37,629 bases of DNA from an uncultured Draconibacterium sp. Lineage in GTDB: Bacteria > Bacteroidota > Bacteroidia > Bacteroidales > UBA12170. The stretch spans positions 1-37,629 of the forward strand of contig CAYPOW010000002.1 of NCBI GenBank assembly GCA_964412145.1, read 5' to 3'. A program made the position numbers and the translations under genes. The notes under the pieces are model-generated. The model made no database searches. It was not told the origin of the DNA and was given only the letters and a program-made list of their open reading frames with translations. Of this stretch, positions 37,442 to 37,629 are shown one piece after another; positions within the stretch are counted from its first letter, which is position 1, and the number at the start of each line of letters is the position of its first letter.

Positions 37442-37629
37442 ATGGGAAAACAAATACATACTGCACTCAAATTAGGCGTTGTTATTGGAAGCTTGGTTCC
37501 CATGATGCTAAGTGCACAAAAGAAAAATGTTCTCTTTATTGCCATCGATGATTTAAAACCTGTTTTAAATTGCTATGGCGAATCTCAAATATATTCGCCT
37601 AATATAGACCAACTTGCCAGTAAGGGTGT
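37442..37629 (+). CDS. S1 sulfatase, N-terminal fragment (runs off the window; absent from the ORF track)
   Basis: Manual translation [62 protein letters not shown] gives a signal peptide plus an NVLFI..DDL.P...YG....SPNID.LA start like the 6226-7623 enzyme. Confidence 0.9.
   Translation, partial: MGKQIHTALKLGVVIGSLVPMMLSAQKKNVLFIAIDDLKPVLNCYGESQIYSPNIDQLASKG

Noticed and set aside
1-37629. CRISPR arrays, IS elements, prophage or defence genes
   Set aside because: I saw no spaced repeats, transposase, integrase or nuclease motifs, and nearly all the sequence is explained by glycan-utilisation genes.

Overview
AT-rich Bacteroidota DNA, probably an anaerobic or facultative marine Bacteroidales/Marinilabiliales-type organism (inferred from SusC/D, T9SS sorting domains, an HTCS and an anSME). 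The whole window lies inside one large polysaccharide-utilisation region that is cut at both ends. It combines a beta-1,4-glucan uptake and phosphorolysis set (GH9, GH3, two distinct GH94 phosphorylases each directly behind its own inner-membrane transporter) with a desulfation and defucosylation set (five S1 sulfatases including one partial, both Cys- and Ser-type; a radical-SAM maturase; GH29). It also carries SusC/SusD, a hybrid two-component regulator, a DUF4380-like protein and three T9SS cargo proteins (a triple-repeat non-catalytic protein, a CotH kinase and a beta-helix protein). Read directly from the DNA, four operon-leading intergenic regions share a 21-bp-periodic GAAY-N7-nAACC motif at a fixed 20-21 nt distance from the -7 promoter box. 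This suggests that one regulator co-controls the glucan and sulfatase arms. A short tRNA-Pro-like 3' remnant at ~6.1 kb may be an old integration scar. I found no intact RNA gene, CRISPR array or transposase.
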